From Paragordius varius (taxonomy: Eukaryota > Animalia > Nematomorpha), in NCBI GenBank assembly GCA_964247055.1, contig OZ176053.1, forward strand, positions 806,001 to 870,000: a stretch of DNA of 64,000 bases, in the 5' to 3' direction. Shown in pieces: positions 51,847-64,000 of the stretch (its first letter is position 1; each line of letters starts with the position of its first letter). Position numbers and translations under genes: made by a program. Under the pieces are notes generated by a model, which saw only the letters and a list, made by a program, of their open reading frames with translations, was not told the origin of the DNA and did not search any database.

Positions 51847-53793
51847 ATGGGTTTATTTCATCTTTCCCATCTAATACAATGGATAGTTATTCTATTATTC
51901 ATTCAGAATGAAGGATTCATATGGGCCCGCCGTAATATAATATATATTTAATACTTAATTTAACAGTATTTTAACCATAAAACTCGCATTAAGTAGAAAG
52001 AAAAAATTAATAAATAATATTTCAGGATTCAGAAGGAGATATTAAAATTTAAAAATATTTATTAGGCTCAAACACCGTTTTACCATAACATACAACACAA
52101 TAAAAATAAAAAAATGCCCAAATAAGTACAAAATGTAAAAATATAAAGACATGTATTTTTTTCTAAAAGACAACCCTACTTTTTATTTCCTTGTTTTTAT
52201 AAATATACAACGATTGTTTTCTCTAAAGTATTTTTTATAATAGAGATTTAAATTGGTAAAACAATCAGGTTTCTATTTTATGATTGTATTTAAGTGCTGT
52301 TTCATTAATATCCTTGAAAAAAAATGTCTTTATATTTTAACGTTTTGTCCGTATAATTTCAATTTTTACTGTAAATGGACCTTAGATAAAATCGCATTTT
52401 TTTCTTTCAATCAAATTGACGTAAAACTCTAATTATAAACTTACAACTAATTTGGCATATTGTCTTTGATCAGCAATAACCAATATAGATACGTTTTATT
52501 TTGGAAACGTTAAAATGGAAAAAATATGATGGAAAAAGATAAAATGCGGACATTTTTTAACATAGCAAAGGAGACTAAAACTATTCCGCTAACACTTATT
52601 TGTATCTTCAAATGCATTTTTGTGAGTTTAATAAATGAAAAAGTATTATGGCTATTCTAATAACATTTTCTAAATTCATTACAAAAATTTGTTTATCAAC
52701 AACTGTTTAACGACTATAGGTTGGTTTGCATTCATATCGCTTATGTGGCCATGAACCCTAATTTTTTTACATAGTTTCAAATCAATAACTATACACAAAT
52801 TTAATTATAATTTAATAAACATCCAAAGTTAATTATATATTGTTAATTATAAAATTATGCGAACAAAACGCAAAAATATAGAGACAAATATTTTTTTCAA
52901 AAGACAACCACACTTTTTTGAATCTTAATTTTTCGAATATAGCTTATATAATTACAATTGTAAAATATATAATTGTTTTTTTACCAATATACATAACAAT
53001 TTTTACTTTGCAATTTCAAACATTCAGTTATATTTAAAAAATCAAAGTTTAAAAAGTATGGTTGTCTTTTAGAAAAAAATAATTGTCCATATATTTATAC
53101 GTTTTGTCCGTATTTTACTCTAAATTTAATTACAGATATAGAGAAACTTTATTGTAACGTTCCCGCAACGTTTGGTGGTGGGAAGTTAGGGCAATTTGAT
53201 GTCCTTTATCCTCCGAATCTTTGCATGAGGTGCTTTTGCACAAAACCATACAAAATACGAAGCGTGGCATGTTACAAGTATTGACATATAATATTTCATT
53301 ACTTTTTGGGGTAGTTTTATATGCCAGAGCGATATAAATTTTGAATATATTAAAAAGTATTTAAGGAATTGGGCTAATATAAAAAATAGGAAATATTTGG
53401 CTTAATAGGCGAAGGGTTAAAAAATTAATTTTGCTTGTATGTCGAAATGCAAAAATTCTCATCCCAAACTTTTGGCCGCCATTTGTTTTTTCAGTTCGGG
53501 AGCTTTTTTAATTGTGAATATATAAGCTTTTTTCATGTTTGATAATTAGAAACAACTTCCCAAAACAATAGTGGATTTCTCTTGTATAAGACTATAAAAT
53601 GTAATAAAAACAATGAAAATTTAAATTGGGTTGTAAGATTAATTTTGTTTTAGAAATATCTCATTTTGTCTTTATGTATTTGAGGTGCAAAGACTTGACC
53701 CAAACAACGTGTGGAAATATTCAAAATGGAAACAGAACTGCCCATTATCCCGATTGCTGTGATAAATGTCTCCAACTTAACACAATGTTATGA
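51847..53793 (+). CDS. Small secreted single von Willebrand factor type C domain protein (~111 aa, 3 exons)
   Basis: Exons 51847-51931 (hydrophobic LIQWIVILLFI, signal-like), 53136-53277, 53685-53793 give CNVP...PPNLCMRCFCTK...VACYKCKD...TCGN...HYPDCCDKC: 10 Cys in VWC spacing with a YPDCC motif; AATAAA at 53830. Exon 1 and the exon 3 acceptor (GAG) are less certain. Confidence 0.72.
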
Positions 53794-55418
53794 TTATTAG
53801 ATTAATAATTTTGTCAATATTATTATCCTAATAAAAAATTTTAAGATATTAATAAAAAATAAAAAATCGTTTAGCAAAGGATGCGGTTTATTCATTTCCG
53901 AGAATGGGTTACTTGGATTTAAAATTTAACTGAGCAGGGTTAGGTAGTTAATGACATATTTTAGTGATATTTTTTGGAATGGGGCATTTAGCTTATATCA
54001 AAAAAACATTATGTATGCGCACACATTTCTATTTCTGACATGGAACACTTATTAGAAAAGTATGCTCTCTTATACCACTCATAAGGGGCTAAACTAAAAG
54101 CAGCATCAGGATCATACACATTTTATATATCAATATAATATATATATTTCATCAAGTTTTTCTACCACCCCCCCCCCCCTTTTCGCACGCGATGTTATAT
54201 AACAATAATAATATCCCCAAATAAAAAAGTATTAATTTAAAAATATGTGATATTATGTATTAAGGTAAAACACAAAGGTAAAAATTTAAGCAACACGTGT
54301 GCACAAGCTAAAATTATATGTAAAATATACCACTTTTTCTGTTTAATTTAATGTTAGTGATTTTAATAAAAAAAGTAAACTTAAATTCAGCATGTAAACT
54401 AAATAAATACGATATTTTGCAAAAAAGTTGTTAAATAAAAATAGCGTTGAATCAATTTGATATGAAACATTTTTTCACAACTAAATATTATTTAGATAAT
54501 TCGGCTTATTTGTATAATTTTAATTAGTATATAATCAATGTATATTAGGACCGTTTCTTTCAAAAAATTTAAAAAAATCAACTATGGGGTATTTAGATAC
54601 TCAATTTCATTCAACATGAAAAAACTATTTTTAAGATATCTTAGTTTATTTTTTATTAGGATAGAAGCAAAATTTTGCACCCGTTTCCTTTAGTAATTTT
54701 AAAAAATAGTAAACTCTGGGGTATATAAATAGCCCAATTAAAATCGAAGTCATAAATCGCTAAAACATAGGCATATAAATGTATATTAGGATTGAAAACG
54801 TATAAATTTAGTAAGTTTTATATTAGGGTTGAAAACGTATATAAAATTTAGTAAGTTTTCAGATTGCATAGCAAAATCTTGTAGTTTATGATATAAAGCT
54901 GTTAAGTTTGATCGGGATTTGGAGCTGACCCAATTTTAGCCATTAGAAGTCAAAAACTATAAAACTGTATCTATAAGCTTTAAGAACTTAGAGCAATGTT
55001 TGATAAAACAACAAGTAGATTATTTTAATTTGGGATTTACAACTAACCCAATATGTTATCGCGAACAAAAAAGTGAATAGATAATGAAATTTTAAGCGAA
55101 ATTCATTTTCGTTTTATTTCAATCAAATAAATGAATAGAACGCAAGTTTTTTAATCCTTATTAGTTAATAAATAATAACATAAAAATTCGAAATTTCATC
55201 ATATTTGGAGAATTGATAGCATACTCTACAATCTTTTTAAATATTACTTTGGTTTATTCTATAATTTAAAAAGTTGTTTTAAATAATTTTAAAATATGTT
55301 GTTTTTTTGTTCAATAAAAAAATTTATATAAATAAACAAGTTTTTTTTTGTTTGGGATACGGTTTACCGATTTTTTTGATCACTGCACTCTCGTAAATTA
55401 CACATTCACTAAATCCAC

Positions 55419-58400
55419 ATGGGGACTGATTTTGAATTGGGACACAATTATCAAAGTTTTGTTTCAGCTTTTAAAGCTAAATCAAAGTTAAATTACCATT
55501 TAATATGTTAGTAATAAAGCTGTTTTTGAGATATTTGTAAGAGAAACTTACTTACATAGTTTGGAGGTAGTACTTTTTGCTCTACATTAGATTTCGGATT
55601 CATCCACCAATTTAATAACTTTTGTTGAGAATGTTATACAAGGAGTTCAAGATGGTATTTTTTACGGCATAATTAAAATATACAGATATTTGTACAAATA
55701 CATTGCCCTTTGTTTTGTTACAAGATACTTTTGACATTTTAAATAAGGAACTATGTGGAGACATATTTGGATTTATCGAAAATAAATTACCGCTCTGGAA
55801 GAATGTAGGTCCTTCCAAATAATTTTAATAGGAACCATATTATTCTGCTGGGAAAAATTATTTGCTAAGAATGTGTAACGGACTCCTGAAACGGTTATCA
55901 CCATCGCAAGATACCTTACTTTGTGGTAGAATACAAATTTTTCTAGCAAAGCTATTCCCTATATCAGATCGTTCTGGTGAGCAATATCTTTTTTTTTTAA
56001 TTATTCATAAAATAGACAATTATTAATGTTAAGCTATTCAAAAACTTTTTTTAGATTAAATCATTAATCTTTTTATATGAACCTTGATAATTCAGTTATA
56101 AATATGCGGTGAATAATTTATCGTTATAATTTTACAACCATAATTATTTAGCTATTCAAAAAAAAATGAATTTATCTTTATATGTACTTCTTTTTTAAAT
56201 TGCTATAATTTTAATTTTTGTTTTTATTCTATAAAGGTTTAAATTTAAACGGTCAATTTAATTTGGAAAATGTAACGCATTACGAAACCGAACAAGAATT
56301 CGAACAATTAAAACAGCACACTTCATTCCTCAATCAACATAATCAAGATTTTTCTCACGATTATCCCGATGATATCAAGTAAAAAAATTGTTTATAAAAA
56401 CTTATCAATAATAACTTATTAAAATGGCTTTTACAATATTTTCAGAATGAAATAACATGTTTTATGGTTTATGCTTAACAACATTTTTTCTTCAGGAGTA
56501 TAAATAGTCTTTTAAATGGTTAAATTTAAACATTGCTTTTTATTAAAACGCGCTCTTTATGCACATTCAGGCAAAAGATTGAAAGTTATCAATTTTACAG
56601 CGATTTCTGGTCCCTACAAAAAGTGTTCCGTGATCCAATCACCTGTTTTGATTCGACCGTTTGGGATTCGTTTATTAAAGTAGTAGCCAATTATATACAT
56701 AATTTTTTTTGCAAATTTACTCTTTCTTTATTGTATATAATAGAATGATTTGAATTATTTTTGACATGTATCATTAAGGTTTATTTAAAACAGGGGGGTG
56801 TATCACAAATAGGTTTTTTTTAAATTACTTTAATAATTTTTGGTGTTTTTAAATTAGTTTGAACCCAATTTTGTATAATATAACTTTTAAATAATCCTCA
56901 ATTTTTGATTGAATCCATTTTTTTAGTTTTTTTAAACATTGTTTAAATCACTTATTTTCGGGGACAGAGAACAAAGCGTGTTGTACACACCTGATCTAAA
57001 TTTTGAAAAATTCTTGCATACCTAAATCCCTTAATAAGCATAATTTGGGTTTATTGCGCACGATAAATGATTAATTTGATAAATATAATAATTAAACAAC
57101 TATAAAAGTGCTTAAAAATATTTCATTCAAAAATAGATGACCTAATAATATTAATCATTTGTATTAAAAATTAACTGATTTTATGAGATAAAAAATGAAT
57201 AATCAAAACTTTTACATTGCTTATCATTTTAGCAGTTTAACACTTCCCCAAAATAACTAGTCAATAAAAAAAACGATTAATATTTTAAAATCTTGTGCTC
57301 TAAAATAAATGTTTAAGGTATAAATAGACACAATAAATTTTTAGATTGAAATGGAAATTATAGGCTAAATACGTTGTTCAAGTACCACAATATATATATC
57401 TTTATATATATATTGTTAAAAGAATTAAATTAAAGTCATCAGCATATAAATGGGAAAAAATATTCAATTTAAATTTTGTTTTTGTAATGCGCTATAGAAA
57501 GTAGACGAAGTCCTTACCATTTTTGCCGTTATAAAAACTGCCAAAATTAAACTTCAAACTGCCATGCTTTTACAATCATCCCCAAGCAAAAAGGGACGAC
57601 AACCCTCTGAAAACAATATAAATTCTAGTTCAAAAAAACTTTCAAACTTAACTTTAAGCTTTCCAAACAACAATCCTTCAAGCAAAGTCTCTGGAAGACG
57701 TGACCTTAAAACGGAACAGTTGAGACGGTTAGAGCTTAAAAATGCCATCGCCTCGTCGTTAGCTCTTAAAACAACCAACAATTTGTCACCTCTTTTTTTA
57801 AACAATGATGCCAATACCTTTTTTGCCAAATACCTAACCGGATCTAATGTAATAATTGTTTTTACAATAAAAATTGAAATTATACTAAGGATAAAACGTA
57901 AAAATATAAAGACAAGCATTTTTGTCTAAAAGAAAACAACCATACTTTTTAAATCCTGATTTATTTCAATATAACTCACTGTTTTATATGGCAAAGTTTG
58001 AGTGAATATATATTACTAAGATAATTAATTCTATATTTTAATGTAACTAAATAGCCTATAAAATTAAGGTTGTTTTAAAAAGTATGATTATTTTTTAGAT
58101 AAAAATATTTGTCTTTATATTTCTACGTTTTGTCCGTATAATCAAAATTTTTACTTTTAAAATTTTTTTTAAGGTAAATAAATTTTACAGGAGGGTTGGT
58201 TATATATTTAAGATAAGATTTTGGATGTCCTTAATTACGGTAAAAACTGAAATTATACGGAAATACAAAACGTAAAAATATAAAGACAAATATTTTTTTC
58301 CAAAAAGACATCAACCATACTTTTTAAACTTTAATTTTTTTCAATTCCTATTATAAAATATATAATTGATTGTGTTACCAATATACATAATCTCTATTTC

Positions 58401-61400
58401 ATACTTTGCCATTTTTAACAATCATTTATGCTAAAAAAATCAGTTAAGTATGGGGTTGTTGTTTTTTGAACAAAAAAATATTTGTCTTTATAACATTTTT
58501 ACGTTTTGCCCGAAGTATAATTTCACTTTTTACTGTAATATTTTTCAGCTGTTTAAAATGCAATTGGAAGATAACGAATTCCGTACAACCATAATTGTCC
58601 AATGCTTGCTAACTCTGACATTTTTAACGTGTGAATCAAGATTCAAAACCGGACAACAGAGCCTTACACCTGAACAGAAAAGCAAATGTCAAGCTTTGCA
58701 AAAAACGCTATTTAACGTAAAAATTATATACATACATATTAAAATTTTGAAAAAGTTTAGGTTTTTTAATATATACCATTTACAACTCAAATTCACCCTC
58801 GAACAATTCGAATTTAGCCTTGAACAATTTAGATTCACCCTCTAACAATTTTTTACCCTTAAACAATTCAAATTCCACCTTCAAACAAGTCAAATTCACC
58901 CTTGAACTCTTGAATAATTCAAATTCACCCTCGAACAATTCAAATTACCCTTGAACAATTAAAATTCACCCTAAAATATATTATGTTTTTTTTAGATTAA
59001 ATGTTGCCTATATTTTTTTCATGATTCTTAAAAAGGAAATCTTGTTTGTAATTAAAATAATACTGAAAAATAATAAACTAAGCCATAAAGATATATTTCA
59101 TATATTAATAATGAGTTATTTAGCTGCCCGAAAACATTATTTATTTTAGGGGGAATATGAATCGTTCAAGGGCGAATTTGAATTGTTTAAGGGTGAATTT
59201 GAATTGTAAATGGTATATATAGTGATAATTTTATTTTATTTTATATAGTCTATATTAACCATTATTTTGGTCTGTAATAATTTGATTTATTATGAAAAAA
59301 AGTAAAAATATAAGATATGGTTTGACAAAGTTTTTTCATTTTTCCATATATAAATTTTATTGTATTGAACAGTTTTTTTTATTTAAAAAAATATTTTTTC
59401 ACATTTCAATTTATAAATTTTTTTACTTCTTTAAAAATGAAATGAATAGCTTTTGGACGAAAATATGTTAAATACCATCAATAATAGCAATAATAGTACC
59501 TTTAATACCCCTGGATGTCAAAAACAGCCCTCTATATCAACAATGCCAGCTGGAAGCAAATATATTGCTAGTGGAACGACTTCCTCATACTTACCCAGAT
59601 TGACGGCCCCCATACTAAATGGTATAAAACTTTTTTTACAAAGAAACAAATTTACTAGCATTTTTGAAAAAAGGGAATATAATAGTATGCTAAATATTTT
59701 ATATATATATATCTTTTTCAGAATCATGATTTTAGTATATATTATCGTTTTAAGTAAAATTTCTCTAACGATACTATGTATATATTTTCATTAAAAAAGA
59801 TGTATTGTATAGTATTTTTTTGGGGTACTGTAATTAACAAGGAAAAATATTTAGTAGAAATCTCCTAAAATATTGCTTGAGTTATGTAAAATTGAACGAA
59901 ATAAGCTATAAAATTTATGTTTAAAACGTTTTTTTAGCAATAATTTTAATTTTTTACTGATCTATTTATCTATCTATATATTCGTAGGATCAATTACCCC
60001 AGTAGAAAGTGCCCATAACCCGATCACATTTAAGGGCAGAATTCAATCCATACTTGCTCATGAAGGTCGATGTTGGAATGATTGGAAAAATAACGGGTGT
60101 CCGGCTTTTGTCACACTTCAAACCATACAGGAACAGCAATCTACATTAAGCAATGCAAAAAATGGTGATGATTTTAACAACATTGGAATTAATGATGATA
60201 AGAATAAAGTTACTTATGCCAACTATTTCGAACGCCGTATCCATGGCAACGTATTTTGCAGTCAAAATAAATTAGCTCTGAGATCACGTTTCCCGACCCA
60301 TTATCATACAACGACAACAACACCTATTAATCAACACGCAAAAAATGTGGATAATTCTTGTACTACATGTGTACCTTTTTACGAAGATCTTGGGAAGTAA
60401 GATTTAGTTTACGTACACATTTATTGGATTCCTTAGAAATACAGTAAAAATTGAAATTATAAGGAAATGTAAAAATATAAAGATAAACAACATTTGATTT
60501 CAAAAGACAACTACAAAATCTTATAAAAATCTTTCAATCGTAAAATATGTAGTTAATATTGTTACCAATATACATGTCTATTTTATACTTTGGAATTTAA
60601 AACAATGAGTTATCTTTGGATTAACCACTATTTAAAACGATGGTTATTTTTTTAAAAAAATATTTGTCTTTATATATTTACGTTTTGTCCGTATAATTTC
60701 ATTTTTTACTGTTAAAATGTTTTTAAATAAACCTCAGATGCCAGATTGAATTTTATTGCATGTCTTTTATAAATGTTTTAGGATTAGTTAAACCTTAAAA
60801 AAATAAAATAAAAGGAAATATTTTTTAACTAGATATTTTATATAACCCATATAACGGTTCTATCCCAAAACAATAAACAATTAAGGTACAAAAAATATGT
60901 TTTAAATTATATAGATACCTAACCTTTGTTTTACGATTTAAGTTTTGTTTCAATATTAATTATGGCACCATAGCCCTGATCTAAACATCCTTTGGAACTT
61001 TGAACCGGACAATATGAAAGCGTGCGCCTCAAAAAATCGAAATTTTAAACCTGAACTAAGGACAGCTCTAGCATTTTCAGGCTTTGGGAATGGACAGGTC
61101 AATCATTACACTACTAAAAATCCTGGGTATATTTTTGTTATTTACATTATTTTTGGAAGGAGTTTTTGATTAACAGAAATTACCTATAATTTTTTAAATT
61201 TATTATTCAATTTTTTGTGAAAAAAAAATCAAAAAATTAATCTCTAAATTTTACTAGATTTTTTTTTCACTTAATTTGCATTTTATCTTAGCTATAAATA
61301 ACCTGAAATACAATCTTACGATTAATTTTTTTGTAAATATTAAAAATTTTGAATTCAAAAATCAGCTGTTATTATTATTTTAAAGATTTGCAAACAAAGT

Positions 61401-62411
61401 TAATTAAAAAGCGTTTTAAATAGTTAATAATTGTAGCGAAAGCAAAATTTAAACCTAAATATTGCTATTTTTTAAACCTTTAAAATAATCTAATTATTTT
61501 TATATATATTAAAATTTTTAAAATACTCTTTTTGTCATTAAATATCAATTTTTTTATTCTATTAGATGTGACACTTTAAGTCGAGATTGGAAAATTTTAA
61601 GGTTAATGAGTCGTGAAACAAAACATTTTTTTTACCCATACTTTTCAGCGCCTGCCAAACAAACCCCAAGTATATATTTGTTCTATGCCCACTCATATCA
61701 ATTTTTTCATAAATATTTTATTAGTTTTTTTTGCAATATACTGAATTGCTATTTTTTAAAAAACTTAATTTTGTGTTTTTGAAATCTTAAAAAAGACACA
61801 AACCCAAAGAATGCCATCTCAGAATTCCTGGAAACCGTGGCTAAACGCATGAAAATGGATCCACCCTCAGAAATTAATGTTGCCGGATTACCAAAACCTG
61901 TCACAAAATCTAGTATATATATTTTTAAATTCTAAAATCAAGTCGATATTTTTGTTAATGCTCTTTATTAAAGCAATGAGCTCAAATATGTAATGATAAA
62001 AACTTTTTTGATATAGTATGGATGCACAATTAATGAGATTATTTTTCTAGTTAACTATATTTTCAGACCCCTAATGGTTTTTAATATCGCGAACGAATAT
62101 ATGTACTTAAAAGATTTTAAACAACGCTTCTTAGTTCTAAAACTCTACAAACTTTAATTAAACGTAAGGGTCTAAAAAAATATTCGCTTTGCAAAAAACC
62201 CTTTTTCCTATCTAAAAACTAATTATTTTACATATTTTACAATTTAATTTAATAAATTTTAGTTAACAGTGAAATTGTTCAAGATATGAATGTGAATGAA
62301 GGGACCATTTCAAAAACACCTGTTCAAAATTTATCAAATAAATTAGAAAATAATGGCCCCAATAAAACAACTAACGTTTCATCACCAAAACGGCTAAAAA
62401 CGGGGGAATAA
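55419..62411 (+). CDS. THOC1: THO complex subunit 1 (HPR1), ~774 aa, 15 exons
   Basis: Exons 55419-55486, 55512-55566, 55591-55654, 55686-55804, 55832-55976, 56237-56378, 56571-56679, 57498-57848, 58549-58716, 59450-59621, 59988-60396, 60974-61126, 61566-61669, 61796-61912, 62263-62411 (2325 nt, in frame). Motifs YSAGKNYLLRMCN, LCGRIQIFLAKLFPISDRSGLNL..QFN, FWSLQ, FAKYLT, WNDWKNNGCPAF, LWN..PDN, WKILRL. Start codon uncertain. Confidence 0.93.
58772..59217. mobile_element. Family B foldback element with expanded left-arm array
   Basis: TATACCATTTACA...TGTAAATGGTATA termini; about 8 units on the left and 2-3 on the right. Confidence 0.85.
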
Positions 62412-63161
62412 TTTTGCTATATATATATATATATACATAAAAATTATTATTATTTAGTGTATTAATAAATGTTTTATACATATAACACATTTAATTGACT
62501 GAGTAAAATTTATATGTCACACATTTTGATTCAATCAATTATATAGTAAAAATAAAATTATAAGGACAAAACGTAAAAAGTAGGACGAATATTTTTACAC
62601 CTTTTCTTTCTTCCAAATAACCTAAATTATCAACACAAATGGTTATGCACGCCGCATTGAAGGCATATATATATATGGGCATTATTACATTTTAATCTTA
62701 AGACTGTAAAATGCAAATGTAATATAGCAATTTTTTCTAGTTTCTGCCAATCGGATAGATTACTTAAAAATTTTTTTATTTGGAAATATTGTAATGAAAT
62801 TTTATAAGCATATTTTTGAGAATTATGGATTTACAGATTTTTCGCAGGCCGCACATAGAGTCTAGGAGGGCCGTGTGTGTTGTACACCCCTGATAAATGA
62901 TAACAATTAACATGCATAAGACATGTGTCCTTATTTTGCGACACAAAGTTTAAAAATTTTATGGTTTATAAAGTATAGTTGTCTATATAAGATAACAGTA
63001 TTTTCTGTATAGATTTCACATTTTTTTCCGTTAACTTTTAATTTTCTTTTTTGTAATGTAATGAATAATGTATGTAAATAGATTGCAATGGTGATTGTTT
63101 TTAGAATCTTTAATTTACATTTTTCGGTTAAAATTTAACAAACTCTATAAATTGCGAGGGA

Positions 63162-63743
63162 CTAATGAGGTTCAGGTTTATGGCCATCGACATAAAAATT
63201 GCGCGTTGCTGGTGGCAACGTGACAGTTAGTCCTTCCAGGTCATGGCTCAGAATGATTTGACAGCTGAGTCGAGAGGTGGGCCGAAGGAATGCAGCTAAA
63301 TCTAACATGTCTTCCTCCGCGTCCTCAGGTGCTGGCAATTTATCAAAGAATTTGGGATCAACGTACACGTGACAGGTAGAACAAGCAAGAGATGCTTCAC
63401 AAGCGCCCTCAATTTCAATTTTGTAACGATGAGCCAAATACATAAGATTATCTCCAACTTTACCTTTCACTTTGTGTTCCGTGCCATTTTTATCGATATA
63501 AGTGACATTTACAATGTCATCCGGTGATTTAGGATCTTGCATTTCATATTCACCTGATAAAAGACGTGATGTAGTGAATAAAAATCTTTTTGGTAAAATA
63601 GTTGATAAGTAAGCATAATTGTACAGAAATGAATAATGTTTCTTTGGTGATAAGTATCGAAAAAATTTAATCATAAATGTCCATCGGCATATATCCACAC
63701 TCAACTTTTTTGAAATAAAACCAAAAAATAAATGGCAAAACAC
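63162..63743 (-). CDS. FDX2: Mitochondrial 2Fe-2S ferredoxin (adrenodoxin-like 2), single exon
   Basis: EGACEASLACSTCHVYV, EEDMLDLA, SRLSCQI and the FDX2-type C-terminus TRNFYVDGHKPEPH; basic N-terminal presequence; true start may be the second Met (MIKFF). Confidence 0.95.
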   Translation of the reverse strand: MFCHLFFGFISKKLSVDICRWTFMIKFFRYLSPKKHYSFLYNYAYLSTILPKRFLFTTSRLLSGEYEMQDPKSPDDIVNVTYIDKNGTEHKVKGKVGDNLMYLAHRYKIEIEGACEASLACSTCHVYVDPKFFDKLPAPEDAEEDMLDLAAFLRPTSRLSCQIILSHDLEGLTVTLPPATRNFYVDGHKPEPH

Positions 63744-64000
63744 ATGATACTTTGCTAAAATTTATGATAGTAAAATCCATAAAATATGAATTTTAATGCT
63801 TACTTTATCCACAAAACATTATTTTTACCATACCCTTTCATTACTATCTCGTCGCAAAAATTTATTGGCAACATCCCATTATAACATTACGAAAAACGAT
63901 AAGTGCAATTACTCAGCATTTAATAATTGTATTATAAATCGTTATCCAGTTTCACCTATAAGTAACCCTTGTGATAAAAATCAGCCATTCATATTACCAT

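Noticed and set aside
55393-55412. Possible additional 20-nt THOC1 intron extending the N-terminus, and a 19-nt candidate at 55146-55164
   Set aside because: The first would need a non-canonical AA acceptor and the second has only weak homology support.
55612-55818. Minus-strand ORFs 55612-55818, 57554-57919 and 59518-59727; a Helitron-like GPT motif in the first
   Set aside because: They are antisense shadows of THOC1 exons.

Overview
Very AT-rich, intron-containing animal genomic DNA; the species cannot be named from sequence alone. Six protein-coding genes can be rebuilt by hand from GT-AG exons, most of them missed by the ORF track: the 3' part of NOP58 (+), an unusually long cyclin D (+), an ADAMTS-type metalloprotease (-, at least 15 exons over 19 kb), a small secreted single-VWC-domain protein (+), THOC1/HPR1 (+) and an intronless mitochondrial ferredoxin FDX2 (-). 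Introns and intergenic DNA are dense with non-autonomous DNA elements (about 30 TA-flanked MITEs, a foldback family with 21-bp arrays, hAT-like and piggyBac-like MITEs, 1.1-kb hairpins) and RTE-clade LINE relics. Highlights: (1) a 491-bp Penelope-type insertion in a NOP58 intron, with a 13-bp target-site duplication, carrying a complete minimal type I hammerhead ribozyme motif and its exact antisense copy; (2) 24-31 nt micro-introns in THOC1 alongside TE-filled introns of hundreds of bases; (3) an RTE LINE with a twin-priming-type 5' inversion. All homology calls rest on recalled family motifs, not database searches.
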